Assembly: GCA_965200315.1 (NCBI GenBank)
Contig: OZ241362.1
Span: 960,001-1,024,000 of the forward strand
Length of the DNA stretch: 64,000 nucleotides
Direction of reading: 5' to 3'
Origin: Candidatus Latescibacterota bacterium
GTDB lineage: Bacteria > Latescibacterota > UBA2968 > UBA8231
Of the stretch, positions 53,130 through 63,335 are shown piece after piece (within the stretch, counting starts at the first letter, position 1; every line of letters starts with the position of its first letter). A program made the translations under genes and the position numbers. Below the pieces are notes generated by a model. The model searched no databases, was not told where the DNA came from, and saw only the letters and a list, made by a program, of their open reading frames with translations.

Positions 53130-56100
53130 CTAGCTCCGATGGTAATCCTGCAGGGATTGCACACCCAGTTCGGCGCGTTGTAGCGCTTCGATGCCCGCAG
53201 CCGCGGCCCGAGCCCCAGCCATCGTCGTGGTGTAGGGTACGCCGGTTACGACCGCGGCTCGACGCACTGCAAAGTCGTCGTAGTACGAAGGTTCGTCGAG
53301 AGGGGTGTTGATAATCAGATCGATCTGGCGGCTGCGAATCGCGTCTTCGATGTGCGGGCTACCCTCGTGAATTTTGTGTACCCGCTCCGCAGCGATGCCG
53401 TGCTTGCCGAGGAAGTCTCGCGTGCCCTGAGTGGCCACCAGCTCGAATCCGGCCGCACGTAGCCGACGGGCCACCGGCAAGACATCTTCTTTATCGCAGT
53501 CGGCCACGCTGATAAAGACCCGACCGCACGACGGCAGCAGCGAACCCGCCCCCATCTGCGCCTTGAGAAAGGCCGTGCCAAAGTCGCGGCCAATACCCAT
53601 GACTTCGCCCGTGGACTTCATCTCCGGCCCCAGCAGACTATCGGCCCCGGGAAATTTTATAAAGGGCAGCACGGCTTCCTTGACGGATATGTGCGCGGGC
53701 ACGATCTCCTCGGTAAAGCCCTGCTCGCGCAAGCTTATCCCCACCATGGCCAGCGCGGCGATCTTGGCGAGGGGGCGGCCAATGGCCTTGCTGACAAAAG
53801 GCACGGTGCGCGAAGCCCGGGGATTTACCTCAATCGCATAGACCTCGTCTTGATAGACGGCGTATTGGACGTTCATCAGGCCAACCACCCCGAGGGCACG
53901 CGCTAGCGCGTGGGTGTGTGCGCGCATGGTTTCGATGTGCTCAGCCGGCGTGTCGTAGGGCGGCAAGGCGCAGGCACTGTCGCCCGAATGCACGCCAGCG
54001 TGCTCGATGTGCTGCATGATCCCGCCTACTACTACGTCCGCCCCATCGGCCACGGCATCTACGTCGAATTCCTCCGCGCCTTGCAGGTAGCGGTCAATGA
54101 GCACAGGCCGCTCGGGCGCGACCTCAATGGCCTCGTTCATGTAGGTTTCAAGGCTCCCGACATCGTAGGCGATGACCATGGCCCGCCCACCCAGCACGTA
54201 CGAAGGCCGCACCAAGACCGGAAAGCCGATCTGCGCGGCAATAGCACACGCCTCTTCACAACTAGCAGCCATGCCGTTTGCCGGCTGGCGGATGCCCAGT
54301 TCGCGCAACAACTGGCCGAAGCGCTCGCGATCTTCGGCCAAGTCAATGCTACTGGGCGAGGTACCGATGATGGGCACGCCCTCGCGCGCTAGTTCGGCCG
54401 CCAAGTTCAGCGGAGTCTGCCCTCCGAACTGCACGATGACGCCGTCTGGAGCTTCGCGCTCGACGATGTGCAGCACGTCTTCGATCGTCAGCGGTTCAAA
54501 GTAGAGCTTGTCGGCCGTGTCGTAATCCGTGCTGACCGTCTCGGGATTGGAGTTGACCATGATGGTCTCATAGCCGATTTCGCGCAGAGCGAAACACGCG
54601 TGGACACAGCAGTAATCGAACTCGATCCCTTGGCCGATGCGGTTCGGCCCCCCGCCGAGGATGGCGATCTTCTTGCGCGTCGAGCGCTGCACTTCGTCCT
54701 CGCGGTCGTACGTCGAGTAGTGGTACGGCGTGTGGGCTTTGAACTCAGCGGCGCAGGTGTCGACTGTTTTGTACACCGGGCGAATGTCCAACTCGCGGCG
54801 ACGCCGACGGACACCCGCCTCGTCGCAGCCGTTGAGATGCGCTAGCTGGTGATCGCTAAATCCCCACTCCTTGGCGCGGCGCAACAAGGCGACATCGGCG
54901 AGCACGTCTTGGCTCATTAGCTGCTGTTCGAGTTCAAAAAGCTGGTAGAGCTGGTCGAGGAACCACGGATCAATGCCCGTGAGGCCATAGAGTTCGTCGT
55001 GGGCGTAGCCTTTGGCGATGGCCAGCTTGAGGTAGAACATGCGCTGGGAGTTGGGATGCAGCAATTTCTCGCGCAGTTCCTCGTCGGCCACCTCGGCCGC
55101 GCTGAGATCCTTGCCGTCGGCACCAAAACCTGCGCGACCAACTTCTAGCGAGCGCAAGCCCTTTTGCAAGGACTCCTTAAAGGTGCGGCCAATAGCCATG
55201 GTCTCGCCCACCGAGCGCATCTGGGTATCGAGTGCATCCGGCGTACTGGGAAATTTCTCAAAGGTAAAGCGCGGAATTTTGGTCACTACGTAGTCAATGG
55301 TCGGCTCAAAGGACGCCGGAGTTTCGCGGGTGATGTCGTTGCGGATTTCGTCCAGACTGTAGCCCACGGCCAGTTTGGCGGCGATCTTGGCGATGGGGAA
55401 GCCCGTTGCTTTAGACGCCAGTGCCGAAGAGCGCGAGACCCGGGGGTTCATCTCGATGACGACCATGCGACCGTCGGTGGGATTGACCGCGAACTGGATA
55501 TTAGACCCGCCGGTATCTACGCCGATCTCGCGCATGATGCGGATAGCCGCGTCGCGCATGTGCTGATATTCCTTGTCGGACAAGGTCTGCGCCGGCGCGA
55601 CCGTGATGCTGTCGCCGGTGTGGACCCCCATGGGATCGAAGTTTTCAATCGCGCAGATGATGACCACGTTGTCGCGGTGATCGCGCATGACCTCCAGCTC
55701 GAATTCCTTCCACCCGAGCACCGATTCCTCGATCAGCACCTCGTCGATCGGGCTCAAGTCGAGACCGTGGCGCACGATCCGCTCGAATTCCTCGGCGTTG
55801 TACGCCACGCCGCCGCCAGAGCCTCCCAGCGTAAAAGCGGGGCGGATAATCGTCGGGTAGCCCAAGTCGGCTTGGTGCTTTTGCGCTTGTTCAAAGCTGT
55901 GAACAAAAGCTCCGCGCGGCATGGCCAATCCGGCCCGGTCCATGGCCTCTTTGAAGAGTGCGCGGTCTTCGGCCATCTTGATCGCGTCGAGTGGTGCGCC
56001 AATCAGCTCGACGTCGTGCTCGGCGAGAGCTCCGCTTTCGGCCAAGGCCACTGCCGTGTTGAGCGCGGTTTGGCCCCCCAGCGTTGGCAGGAGAGCCTGC

Positions 56101-56348
56101 GGCTTTTCGGCTGCGATGATCCACGCGCAAATATCCGGCGTGATCGGTTCGATGTACGTGCGGTCGGCCACCTCGGGATCGGTCATAATCGTGGCCGGAT
56201 TACTGTTGACTAAGACGATGTCGTAGCCTTCTTCGGCCAGTGCCTTACAGGCTTGTGTGCCCGAATAGTCAAACTCGCAGGCTTGGCCAATGACGATGGG
56301 GCCGGAGCCGATGAGCATTATTTTATGAATGTCTGTGCGTTTGGGCAT
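53130..56348 (-). CDS. carB: carbamoyl-phosphate synthase large subunit
   Basis: [47 protein letters not shown]; MGS-like tail; 1072 aa. Confidence 0.98.
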   Translation of the reverse strand: MPKRTDIHKIMLIGSGPIVIGQACEFDYSGTQACKALAEEGYDIVLVNSNPATIMTDPEVADRTYIEPITPDICAWIIAAEKPQALLPTLGGQTALNTAVALAESGALAEHDVELIGAPLDAIKMAEDRALFKEAMDRAGLAMPRGAFVHSFEQAQKHQADLGYPTIIRPAFTLGGSGGGVAYNAEEFERIVRHGLDLSPIDEVLIEESVLGWKEFELEVMRDHRDNVVIICAIENFDPMGVHTGDSITVAPAQTLSDKEYQHMRDAAIRIMREIGVDTGGSNIQFAVNPTDGRMVVIEMNPRVSRSSALASKATGFPIAKIAAKLAVGYSLDEIRNDITRETPASFEPTIDYVVTKIPRFTFEKFPSTPDALDTQMRSVGETMAIGRTFKESLQKGLRSLEVGRAGFGADGKDLSAAEVADEELREKLLHPNSQRMFYLKLAIAKGYAHDELYGLTGIDPWFLDQLYQLFELEQQLMSQDVLADVALLRRAKEWGFSDHQLAHLNGCDEAGVRRRRRELDIRPVYKTVDTCAAEFKAHTPYHYSTYDREDEVQRSTRKKIAILGGGPNRIGQGIEFDYCCVHACFALREIGYETIMVNSNPETVSTDYDTADKLYFEPLTIEDVLHIVEREAPDGVIVQFGGQTPLNLAAELAREGVPIIGTSPSSIDLAEDRERFGQLLRELGIRQPANGMAASCEEACAIAAQIGFPVLVRPSYVLGGRAMVIAYDVGSLETYMNEAIEVAPERPVLIDRYLQGAEEFDVDAVADGADVVVGGIMQHIEHAGVHSGDSACALPPYDTPAEHIETMRAHTHALARALGVVGLMNVQYAVYQDEVYAIEVNPRASRTVPFVSKAIGRPLAKIAALAMVGISLREQGFTEEIVPAHISVKEAVLPFIKFPGADSLLGPEMKSTGEVMGIGRDFGTAFLKAQMGAGSLLPSCGRVFISVADCDKEDVLPVARRLRAAGFELVATQGTRDFLGKHGIAAERVHKIHEGSPHIEDAIRSRQIDLIINTPLDEPSYYDDFAVRRAAVVTGVPYTTTMAGARAAAAGIEALQRAELGVQSLQDYHRS

Positions 56349-56491
56349 GGAATTCTATGCGAGGATAGGTCAAATCATGGGAAGCTGGTGAGGAGATGTC
56401 GCGTGGGTCTGCGAGTGATTCGAGTATTTCAGTATCGCCCAAGCGTGTTTACACTCGTGGGCTTCGTAGTACTGGCGGATGAAATCTGGCA

Positions 56492-56556
56492 GTAAATCCG
56501 TAGTCATTGAGAATTTGAGCAACCTCGATAAAGGCAAATTTTGGCTACAGATTTAC
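56492..56556. repeat. imperfect long inverted repeat upstream of carB
   Basis: GTAAATCCGTAGTCA (56492-56506) pairs with TGGCTACAGATTTAC (56542-56556), with an inner AATTTG/CAAATT pair. Confidence 0.5.
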
Positions 56557-56666
56557 ACTGATCTGCGCGCTGGTGCCGTGTCTGCACAGTCCAAATTCAA
56601 TCTCTTCTTGACATAATATCGCAAAAGGCCGACTAAAACCCGTCTCTGTCGGCCAGATGCAAGCGG

Positions 56667-57161
56667 TTAAAACTTTGAATATATGAGGAGCAATGTGAGC
56701 GCAATTACAGTGATGAAGCCAGCCTTGAGCAAGAGCTGACCATAGCCCTCCCAATCGTGGCCCTGACGGACCTTGATCTTGGGGCGCACCACTTCTTCTT
56801 GGAGATCTACCTGAAAGCGCTGCTCGTTGATGAGGTGGACTAGATGGGGGTCGTAGTCGGCAATGGCCTTTAGGACCATGCGCTTGCGGCGCGCCGCTTT
56901 TTCAGCGCAGGCTCGCTGGGCGTCCTTGGCCGCGATCTTACCCAGATCAGTGGACTGGTCGGCGCGGCGAGTACTGGTCTTCTCTCGCGCCAAATTCTCG
57001 GCCAAGCGGCTGAGTGCTTCGCGGCTTTTCACATTGTCGTGAATAATGGTATAGCAGGTGTCTATAAAGCGGCTAAAATCGGCGAGAATTTCCTCTTCCG
57101 AAAGCCCCAGCAAGTAGGACTCTTCGATCATTTCTTCAATGGCATCTTTGACGTCAGCCAT
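56667..57161 (-). CDS. hypothetical protein with C-terminal transmembrane anchor
   Basis: 164-aa helical ORF ending GFITVIALTLLLIYSKF; no recognisable family. Confidence 0.65.
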   Translation of the reverse strand: MADVKDAIEEMIEESYLLGLSEEEILADFSRFIDTCYTIIHDNVKSREALSRLAENLAREKTSTRRADQSTDLGKIAAKDAQRACAEKAARRKRMVLKAIADYDPHLVHLINEQRFQVDLQEEVVRPKIKVRQGHDWEGYGQLLLKAGFITVIALTLLLIYSKF

Positions 57162-57269
57162 AACGCAAGCCCTGTAAATCCTGTTGGTTAAATGAAAAGC
57201 GCAAGAAACGCACCCACCGGCACTCCGCTTCTACTTCCATTTCCAGATTACACCATCGCTACAAACATG

Positions 57270-58832
57270 TCAAGCGGACCGCGCTGCATCCACCATAGCC
57301 AAGGCGATTTCATCGGCTATGTCGCCCGCTCGCATCCCCCATTCCCCCAGCCGCTCAACCGCCCGATCCCCAGCCCGACCGTGGACATAGACCCCGAGGC
57401 AAGCCGCGGCTTCCGCCTCTAGCCCTTGGGCCATCAGCCCGGCGATGAGCCCGGTCAGCACGTCGCCCGACCCGGCTGTGGCCATACCCGCATTGCCCGT
57501 TGAGTTGACCACCACGCGCCCATCGCGCAACGCCACGACGGTCGGCGCGCCCTTCAACACGAGCGTCGCGCCAAATTCGCCGGCAAAGTCGCGGGCCACA
57601 GCCATGGGCGCATCGGCAATCTGCCGCTTGTCCAACCCGCTCAAGCGGGCGAACTCGCCCACGTGGGGCGTCAGGACCAGCGGTGCCGAGCGGTTCTTTA
57701 GCCCATCGGCTTGCCCGGCGAACGCACTAAGTCCATCCGCATCCAAAACGAGGGGCAGCTCGGTTTGCAGCACCAGCCGCCTCACCAGCTCCTCGGTCTC
57801 TCGATAGCGACCCAGTCCCGGCCCCAAAGCCAAGACATCGGCCCGCGTCAACATAGCGCGCACCGCACCCAAGGCCCGCAGTGATAAACAGCGCCGCTTG
57901 CGCACTTCGGGCAGCGGCCGGGTCATTACCTCGGAGAGCTTGACTTCGAGAATGTCGTTGAGACTGGCGGGCACTCCTAGATGGACGCGGCCGGCTCCGC
58001 TCCTGAGCGCGGCATCCGCCGTCAGCGCGGCCGCCCCAGTCATACCCACCGACCCCGCGACCACGGCCACCATCCCACAGCTTCCCTTGTGCTCGTCGCC
58101 GCGACGCCGTGGCACGAGCGGCCCCAGCCTTTCGGCGGAAAGCAATAGGGCTTGGGCAGTCGCGTCGCGCAGAATGGGCTCGGGGAAGCCGATATTGGCC
58201 AAGTGCAGCGCACCGCAATGCGACCGGCCGGGGTAGAACAACTGCCCGACTTTGACCAAGCCGAAGGTCACCGTTAGCACGGCTTGCACGGCCGCGCCGT
58301 GAACCTGCCCGGTGTCGGCTTCGACCCCCGAGGGGATATCCACGGCCACTACCGGCCTTTCGCAATGGGCCATGCGCTCAATGACGTGCGCCATAGCCGG
58401 ACGAGGTGCTCCGCGCAATCCGGTGCCCAAAAGTGCGTCAATCACCAAGTCGGCATCGCCGAGAGCAACATCGAGTGGGGCTAGGTCCTCGCCGAGCACT
58501 TCGACGGCTCCGCCCTCCTGTTCGCAACGCCGCAAGTGCTCGGCCGCAGCCCCTTGCACGGCCGCTCGATCTGCCGCGAGGAAGACGCGCACCGAGCCAC
58601 CCCCAGCGCGCAAGAGCCGAGCTACGGCAAATCCGTCGCCGCCATTGTTGCCCTTGCCGCACAGGACCACGGCCTGTAAACCGGCCAAGCCGTCCCAGCG
58701 CGCTGCAATGGCCGCAACTACCTCTGTCCCCGCCCGCTCTATAAGTTCGGCGCTAGAAATACCCGCTTCTGTGATCGTGCGCCGATCAATCGCAGCCATT
58801 TCTCGGCCCGTTACCAGCTTGGGCAAGTCCAT
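57270..58832 (-). CDS. nnr: bifunctional NAD(P)H-hydrate epimerase/dehydratase
   Basis: CGKGNNGGDG, DALLGTG, DIPSG, HKGSCG, GPGLG, LDADG, LTPHVGEF, MATAGSGDVL. Confidence 0.95.
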   Translation of the reverse strand: MDLPKLVTGREMAAIDRRTITEAGISSAELIERAGTEVVAAIAARWDGLAGLQAVVLCGKGNNGGDGFAVARLLRAGGGSVRVFLAADRAAVQGAAAEHLRRCEQEGGAVEVLGEDLAPLDVALGDADLVIDALLGTGLRGAPRPAMAHVIERMAHCERPVVAVDIPSGVEADTGQVHGAAVQAVLTVTFGLVKVGQLFYPGRSHCGALHLANIGFPEPILRDATAQALLLSAERLGPLVPRRRGDEHKGSCGMVAVVAGSVGMTGAAALTADAALRSGAGRVHLGVPASLNDILEVKLSEVMTRPLPEVRKRRCLSLRALGAVRAMLTRADVLALGPGLGRYRETEELVRRLVLQTELPLVLDADGLSAFAGQADGLKNRSAPLVLTPHVGEFARLSGLDKRQIADAPMAVARDFAGEFGATLVLKGAPTVVALRDGRVVVNSTGNAGMATAGSGDVLTGLIAGLMAQGLEAEAAACLGVYVHGRAGDRAVERLGEWGMRAGDIADEIALAMVDAARSA

Positions 58833-58834
58833 GC

Positions 58835-59575
58835 TCAAGCCTCCCAAGGACGAATCAGTTCGCGCAGCCGACGCGGAGCCTCGCTGGGCAGAGGCTGGCC
58901 CGTGTACTTAGGCAAGAGTGCGCGAAAGCCGACGCTGATCCACAAGACCCAAGCCGCCAAGCCACCGCAGAACAACCCCAATCCAGAAGCGACGCCAAGA
59001 CCAAGGGCCAAGCCTGCGGTCACTAGAAAAACCAGCGAGAGCTTTACATTATCAACCGACAGGAGAAAGCTGTAGCGCACCGTGGACCACACCGATCCCT
59101 CTTGGGTGACCAGCACCGGAAAAACATACACCGCGACCATGCCCACCAGCAGTAGAAACCAGACCATCAGCCCACCCAAAAACACCCCCAACCAGCCTCC
59201 GAGCCGCTGGTAAAAAACCACGTTGGCCAGCACCAGCGCGACAGCAGCAACCAGCAGCAACCCTAGCGCGAGGGCGCGCCAAAAAAGCGTCCGGCCAGCC
59301 ACCCAGAAGTCCCGTAGGCTAAAATCCCGGCCCCGCGCCCAAGCCGCCCCGGCGGCAAAGAGTACCGCCGTAGCCGGTGTGCCCAACAGCAGAGCACCGG
59401 CTAAGACAGCAGCCCCCACCAAGCCCAAGCCGCCCAGCCCAAACCCCAGTTGCAACAGCGCGTAGGCCCCGCCGATCCAAGGCAGGCTCAATGCGCTCCA
59501 CAGCAAGTTGTAGCCAATCAGCCCGCCCAAACGGTCGTACGCGGTCCACAAAAAGCCTTGCAGATTTGCGCTCAA
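58835..59575 (-). CDS. membrane protein, DUF624/YesL-like
   Basis: NLLWSALSLP, PATAVLF, DFWVAGR, YVFPVL; several TM segments. Confidence 0.65.
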   Translation of the reverse strand: MSANLQGFLWTAYDRLGGLIGYNLLWSALSLPWIGGAYALLQLGFGLGGLGLVGAAVLAGALLLGTPATAVLFAAGAAWARGRDFSLRDFWVAGRTLFWRALALGLLLVAAVALVLANVVFYQRLGGWLGVFLGGLMVWFLLLVGMVAVYVFPVLVTQEGSVWSTVRYSFLLSVDNVKLSLVFLVTAGLALGLGVASGLGLFCGGLAAWVLWISVGFRALLPKYTGQPLPSEAPRRLRELIRPWEA

Positions 59576-60810
59576 TGGGCCTCCAAGCCGAGCAGCATAA
59601 ACTCGGCGTACGTACGCGCCGTCAACGCCAAGTCGCGCACCCGGACGCGCTCATCCACTCCGTGAGCGCGCTCGCCCTTTACGCCATAGCCAATGCCGGG
59701 CAAGCTGCCGTCAACCGCAAAGTAGTGCAAATCCGTAAAGCCAGAGCTGAGCCGGTAGCTAGCGGTGCGGCGGCGCACGGCTTGCACGGCCTGTGCAAAG
59801 GCCTGAGGCAGCGCGTGCTCGGCATCGACGACGCAAGGTTCAATCCGCAACGGTGCTGCCACTCGGCAGGGCGGCTCGGCGGCTCGCTCCACAGCGCGTT
59901 TCAACTCGCGCTCGACTATTGAGAGTTGCTCGCCGGGCACTAAGCGGCGGTCCAGCGAAAAGCGAGCATAGGCGGGCACGGTGTTGATCTTGTCGCCCTC
60001 TCCGCCCGAGAACGTGCCACCGATATTGAGCGTGGGGTTGCGCGACCGACCGTCGAAATCCACGTAGCAGCGCTGGGACGCATTCAGTTTCCGTTTGTAG
60101 GCCTGTAACTTCTGAGCTATGCTGGTCATGGCTTCAAAGGCATTGACCCCCTGTTCTGGGCTAGAAGCGTGGGCGGCCTTGCCCGTCAGCTCTACCTCTA
60201 ACCAGAGTACGCCGTTGTGGCCACAGCCGACCTGCGTCCCGGCCGCTCCCTCGCAGACGACTGCGAAATCGGCGTTTACCAGCCCCTTGTTTACAATCCA
60301 TCCCGCGCCCAATTGGCCGCCGGTCTCCTCGTCGGCCGTGAACGAACATTCGATGTTAAAAGCCGGCTCCGCACCCGTTTTCTCGAGCGCCTCCACGGCC
60401 ATTAGCAACGCGGCGATTGCCCCTTTCATGTCGCCGGAGCCGCGGCCGTAGAGTGCATCGCCGGCCAGCCCCGGCTCGAATGGGTCGCCGAATTTCCACT
60501 GCCCGGCACAGGGCACCACGTCGTAGTGGGCGTTGAAATGCACCGTCTGCGGCCGGCCAGCGTCCCACCGGGCAATCAAGTTGTAGCGCGGGAACTCGTC
60601 CGAGCCGAGTACGCGGCGCACCTCTTGGTCTGGAACGCGGTGGACTTTGGCCTGCAAGCCCAAGCCCTCGCAGCGCTCTAAGAGCGCGTTGGTCATCGCT
60701 CGGTAGTTCCGCCCCGGCGGATTGGTAGTATCCACGCGCACGAGCGTCTGCAAGCTGCCGAGCAACTGGTCTGGGTGCTTTTCGATGTATTGATGAACGC
60801 TAGCTTTCAC
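59572..60810 (-). CDS. M20 metallopeptidase (ArgE/DapE-like)
   Basis: NAHYDVVP, GRGSGDMKG, ADEETGG, GKAAHAS, AHGVDE. Start uncertain (GTG 60810 or ATG 60855). Confidence 0.9.
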   Translation of the reverse strand: MKASVHQYIEKHPDQLLGSLQTLVRVDTTNPPGRNYRAMTNALLERCEGLGLQAKVHRVPDQEVRRVLGSDEFPRYNLIARWDAGRPQTVHFNAHYDVVPCAGQWKFGDPFEPGLAGDALYGRGSGDMKGAIAALLMAVEALEKTGAEPAFNIECSFTADEETGGQLGAGWIVNKGLVNADFAVVCEGAAGTQVGCGHNGVLWLEVELTGKAAHASSPEQGVNAFEAMTSIAQKLQAYKRKLNASQRCYVDFDGRSRNPTLNIGGTFSGGEGDKINTVPAYARFSLDRRLVPGEQLSIVERELKRAVERAAEPPCRVAAPLRIEPCVVDAEHALPQAFAQAVQAVRRRTASYRLSSGFTDLHYFAVDGSLPGIGYGVKGERAHGVDERVRVRDLALTARTYAEFMLLGLEAH

Positions 60811-60821
60811 CCGGGATTTGC

Positions 60822-62303
60822 TCAGAACGTGGTCTCCTTGGTCGTTATGGGGCACCAGCGCGCCGCGGTCAAATGGTGCAGCAACACGTCTTGAGCCGCG
60901 GGCGTCCCAATCTGTTCCAAGGCCGCTGTGCTGTGCCCTTGGACGTAGCGATTCTCGTCGCTGAGGGCCGCAGCCAACGCGCTCGTGGCGGCCGCGGCCG
61001 CCGGACCGAAGTGGGCCAGCGCATAGGCGGCGTTGAAGCGCACCTGCTCGTCTTCGTCTGCCAGCAGCACGGCCAACGCGGGCACAGAGGCGTCTGGATT
61101 CAGCTCAATGGTTCCGAGGGCCTCGGCCACGTTGCGCCGCACCCAGGCGTCCGGGTCGTCGCGCAGCATGCATAAGGCGGCCACAGCCGCAGCGCCCGCC
61201 CGAGCGCCCATATCGCCTAGCGCATACGCGGCAAAACCCCGCACGTGGGCGCGCTCATCGCCGAGGGCCGCAACCAAAGCGTCCACAGCTTGCTCCCCCA
61301 CTGCACCGAGTGCGTACGCCGCGTGCTCGCGCACGTGTTCGCGCTCGTCGTCTAAGGAGGCAATCAACGGGCTTACGGCGGCCGCACCCACTACACCGAG
61401 TGCATAGGCCGCGTTGAGGCGCACCGGCTCGGCCTCGTCGCCCAGCGCGCCGAGCAGCGCATCTAGTGCGGGAGCGGCCTTTTCCCCTAACGCGCCGAGG
61501 GCATCGGTCGCTGCCAAGCGTTGTTCCAACGTTCCGTTAAGGGACTCGCTTAGTTGCTCAATTTGCCCATTGGCCTCGGCGCAACTGTGGACTCCCGTGT
61601 GCCAATCCCATATCCGCGACCACACGACCCGATGCTTGCTAGAGGGCACCGAGCCATTGGTCGGCCACCCCGGGGCTTGGATGTTCCAACTCGGTCGGCT
61701 CGGCTCGCTGAGGCGGGTAAATTGGAACTTCATCATGTAGCGGTTAGCCGCCGTGCTGTTGGGCATGGCCCGATGCCACAAGTCAAAATGCACCAAGGTG
61801 CAGGTGCCGGCTGCGCCGCAGACGGGCAAGTGGCGCTCGGCCTGCTCGTCGTCTGCGCGGCCGTTGTAGTAATGAGTGCCGGGCATGACCGCAGTGGGGC
61901 CGTTTTCCAAGGTGACGTCTTGTGGGTAGTAGAAAATCATCACCCAGCGATTGCGGTGATAGCGCACCTTGCTATAGCCCCAGTAGCTATCCTTGTGCCA
62001 GCCACCGCCCTCGCTGCCGGCCCGATTGATGTGGCAGTGGCGATGGGCGTGCATGATGTAATCCGGGCCGACCACCGAAGTGAGGGCACCGCGCACGACC
62101 GGGTCGTCAAAGACCTGCTGCAACACCGGGATGCGCGGCAGGATGTTGTTGCCGGGGTTGCCCTCCTTGGCAAAGACCTCTTCGGTGCGCTGGTAGATGT
62201 CTTGGTGGAGGGAGGCGGGCAGCGAGGATTTGAGCGTGAGATAGCCCTCGGCTATGAACTGCTGCAGCTCCTCGTCGCCGAGGAGGTACTGAGGGTCTAA
62301 CAT
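60822..62303 (-). CDS. PhyH dioxygenase fused to HEAT repeats
   Basis: FIAEGY, WHKD, NGPTAVMPGTH, HFDLWHR, then repeated L.D....VR..AAYALG units. Confidence 0.88.
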   Translation of the reverse strand: MLDPQYLLGDEELQQFIAEGYLTLKSSLPASLHQDIYQRTEEVFAKEGNPGNNILPRIPVLQQVFDDPVVRGALTSVVGPDYIMHAHRHCHINRAGSEGGGWHKDSYWGYSKVRYHRNRWVMIFYYPQDVTLENGPTAVMPGTHYYNGRADDEQAERHLPVCGAAGTCTLVHFDLWHRAMPNSTAANRYMMKFQFTRLSEPSRPSWNIQAPGWPTNGSVPSSKHRVVWSRIWDWHTGVHSCAEANGQIEQLSESLNGTLEQRLAATDALGALGEKAAPALDALLGALGDEAEPVRLNAAYALGVVGAAAVSPLIASLDDEREHVREHAAYALGAVGEQAVDALVAALGDERAHVRGFAAYALGDMGARAGAAAVAALCMLRDDPDAWVRRNVAEALGTIELNPDASVPALAVLLADEDEQVRFNAAYALAHFGPAAAAATSALAAALSDENRYVQGHSTAALEQIGTPAAQDVLLHHLTAARWCPITTKETTF

Positions 62304-62379
62304 GACAAGTCTCCTGAGATGATGGAACCAAGGACGAATTCGGCCAAAAAAGTATCGCTGGAGGCCGAGTAGGGCAAAC

Positions 62380-62958
62380 CTACGCCAAGGGCCGCGCTGT
62401 CTCCCATTGGGACAGCTTATCCAACAGGTGGCGCAGCGCCGCCTCTGGCGTCATCTCGTCCATGTCCAACGTCACGTGGGCTTGGTCAAAGCCGCCTTGG
62501 CGCTCGGCTAACAGCGGCCGGAGTTCCCCCGTACTTTCGGGCGGTTGTAGTAGCAATGGATGTAGCCCTACGGCTTGGTGGCGCAGCTTCCAATAGGTGC
62601 TAGCCAGCGACAATTTGAGGTACACCAACGTCGCTTTGGCCAGTACCTGCCGCAGGTTGGCTTCTTTGAGCAGCGCCCCATCGCCCAAGACGATGATGCC
62701 AGGCGGACGAGTGGTCAGTGCTTGGGCGAGAAAGCGGTCTTCTAATTGGCGCAGGGCCTCTATACCCTGTGTCTGCACGAGGGCAACCAAGGACTGGCCG
62801 GCCTCGTGTTCGATCCAGCGATCCACTTCGATGAGGGGCAAGCCGCTCAAGGCAGCCAAGTCGCGGCCCAAGCCGTGCTGGTCAACGCCTAAGAAGCCGA
62901 TGAGGGCCACCGGACGCTGCAACAGGACCAGCGGTCCATGTTCGTAGTAATTCGACAA
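62380..62958 (-). CDS. shikimate kinase-like protein with degenerate P-loop
   Basis: VALIGFLG, DRWIE..AGQS, GIEALRQLE, LGDGAL, LVYL. The Walker A reads GFLGVDQH instead of GxxGxGKS/T. Confidence 0.72.
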   Translation of the reverse strand: MSNYYEHGPLVLLQRPVALIGFLGVDQHGLGRDLAALSGLPLIEVDRWIEHEAGQSLVALVQTQGIEALRQLEDRFLAQALTTRPPGIIVLGDGALLKEANLRQVLAKATLVYLKLSLASTYWKLRHQAVGLHPLLLQPPESTGELRPLLAERQGGFDQAHVTLDMDEMTPEAALRHLLDKLSQWETARPLA

Positions 62959-63077
62959 GGCGTTTACTGATTGTCAGGGCCGCGCCTGATAGCGTAGCTC
63001 TGGACCAAGGCGTCTTGGACAATCGGGGTCGGATCGCTCACGTCCTGTCTCCTGTTAAAAGTCGAGCAGTTCCCGCT

Positions 63078-63243
63078 ATAGCCGTCCTACCTTGATTCAT
63101 GCGATGCGACGCCTGGCGGGGTGCGCGGGCGTCTCGCCTGCAGGCCGGCCTCCCCAAGGACGCCCAGACCACCAAGCACCGGCCGGGCCAAGTTCGATGG
63201 GAGCACAACCCGGCGAGCACCGCAAGTCATGTAGGATGGCTAT
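63078..63243 (-). mobile_element. MITE copy B (166 bp)
   Basis: 13-bp terminal inverted repeats ATAGCCGTCCTAC / GTAGGATGGCTAT (one mismatch); homologous to 11919-12067. Confidence 0.8.
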
Positions 63244-63335
63244 GTCATAAGCACAGTCCAATTAAACCGGGAATCTTTGCTGTATCAAGGCCGGAGCAGA
63301 CGGATGGCGTTGTGGCGGCAATGGTTAGATATAAG

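Noticed and set aside
55164-56213. 349-aa plus-strand ORF
   Set aside because: It is antisense to carB, a typical shadow ORF.
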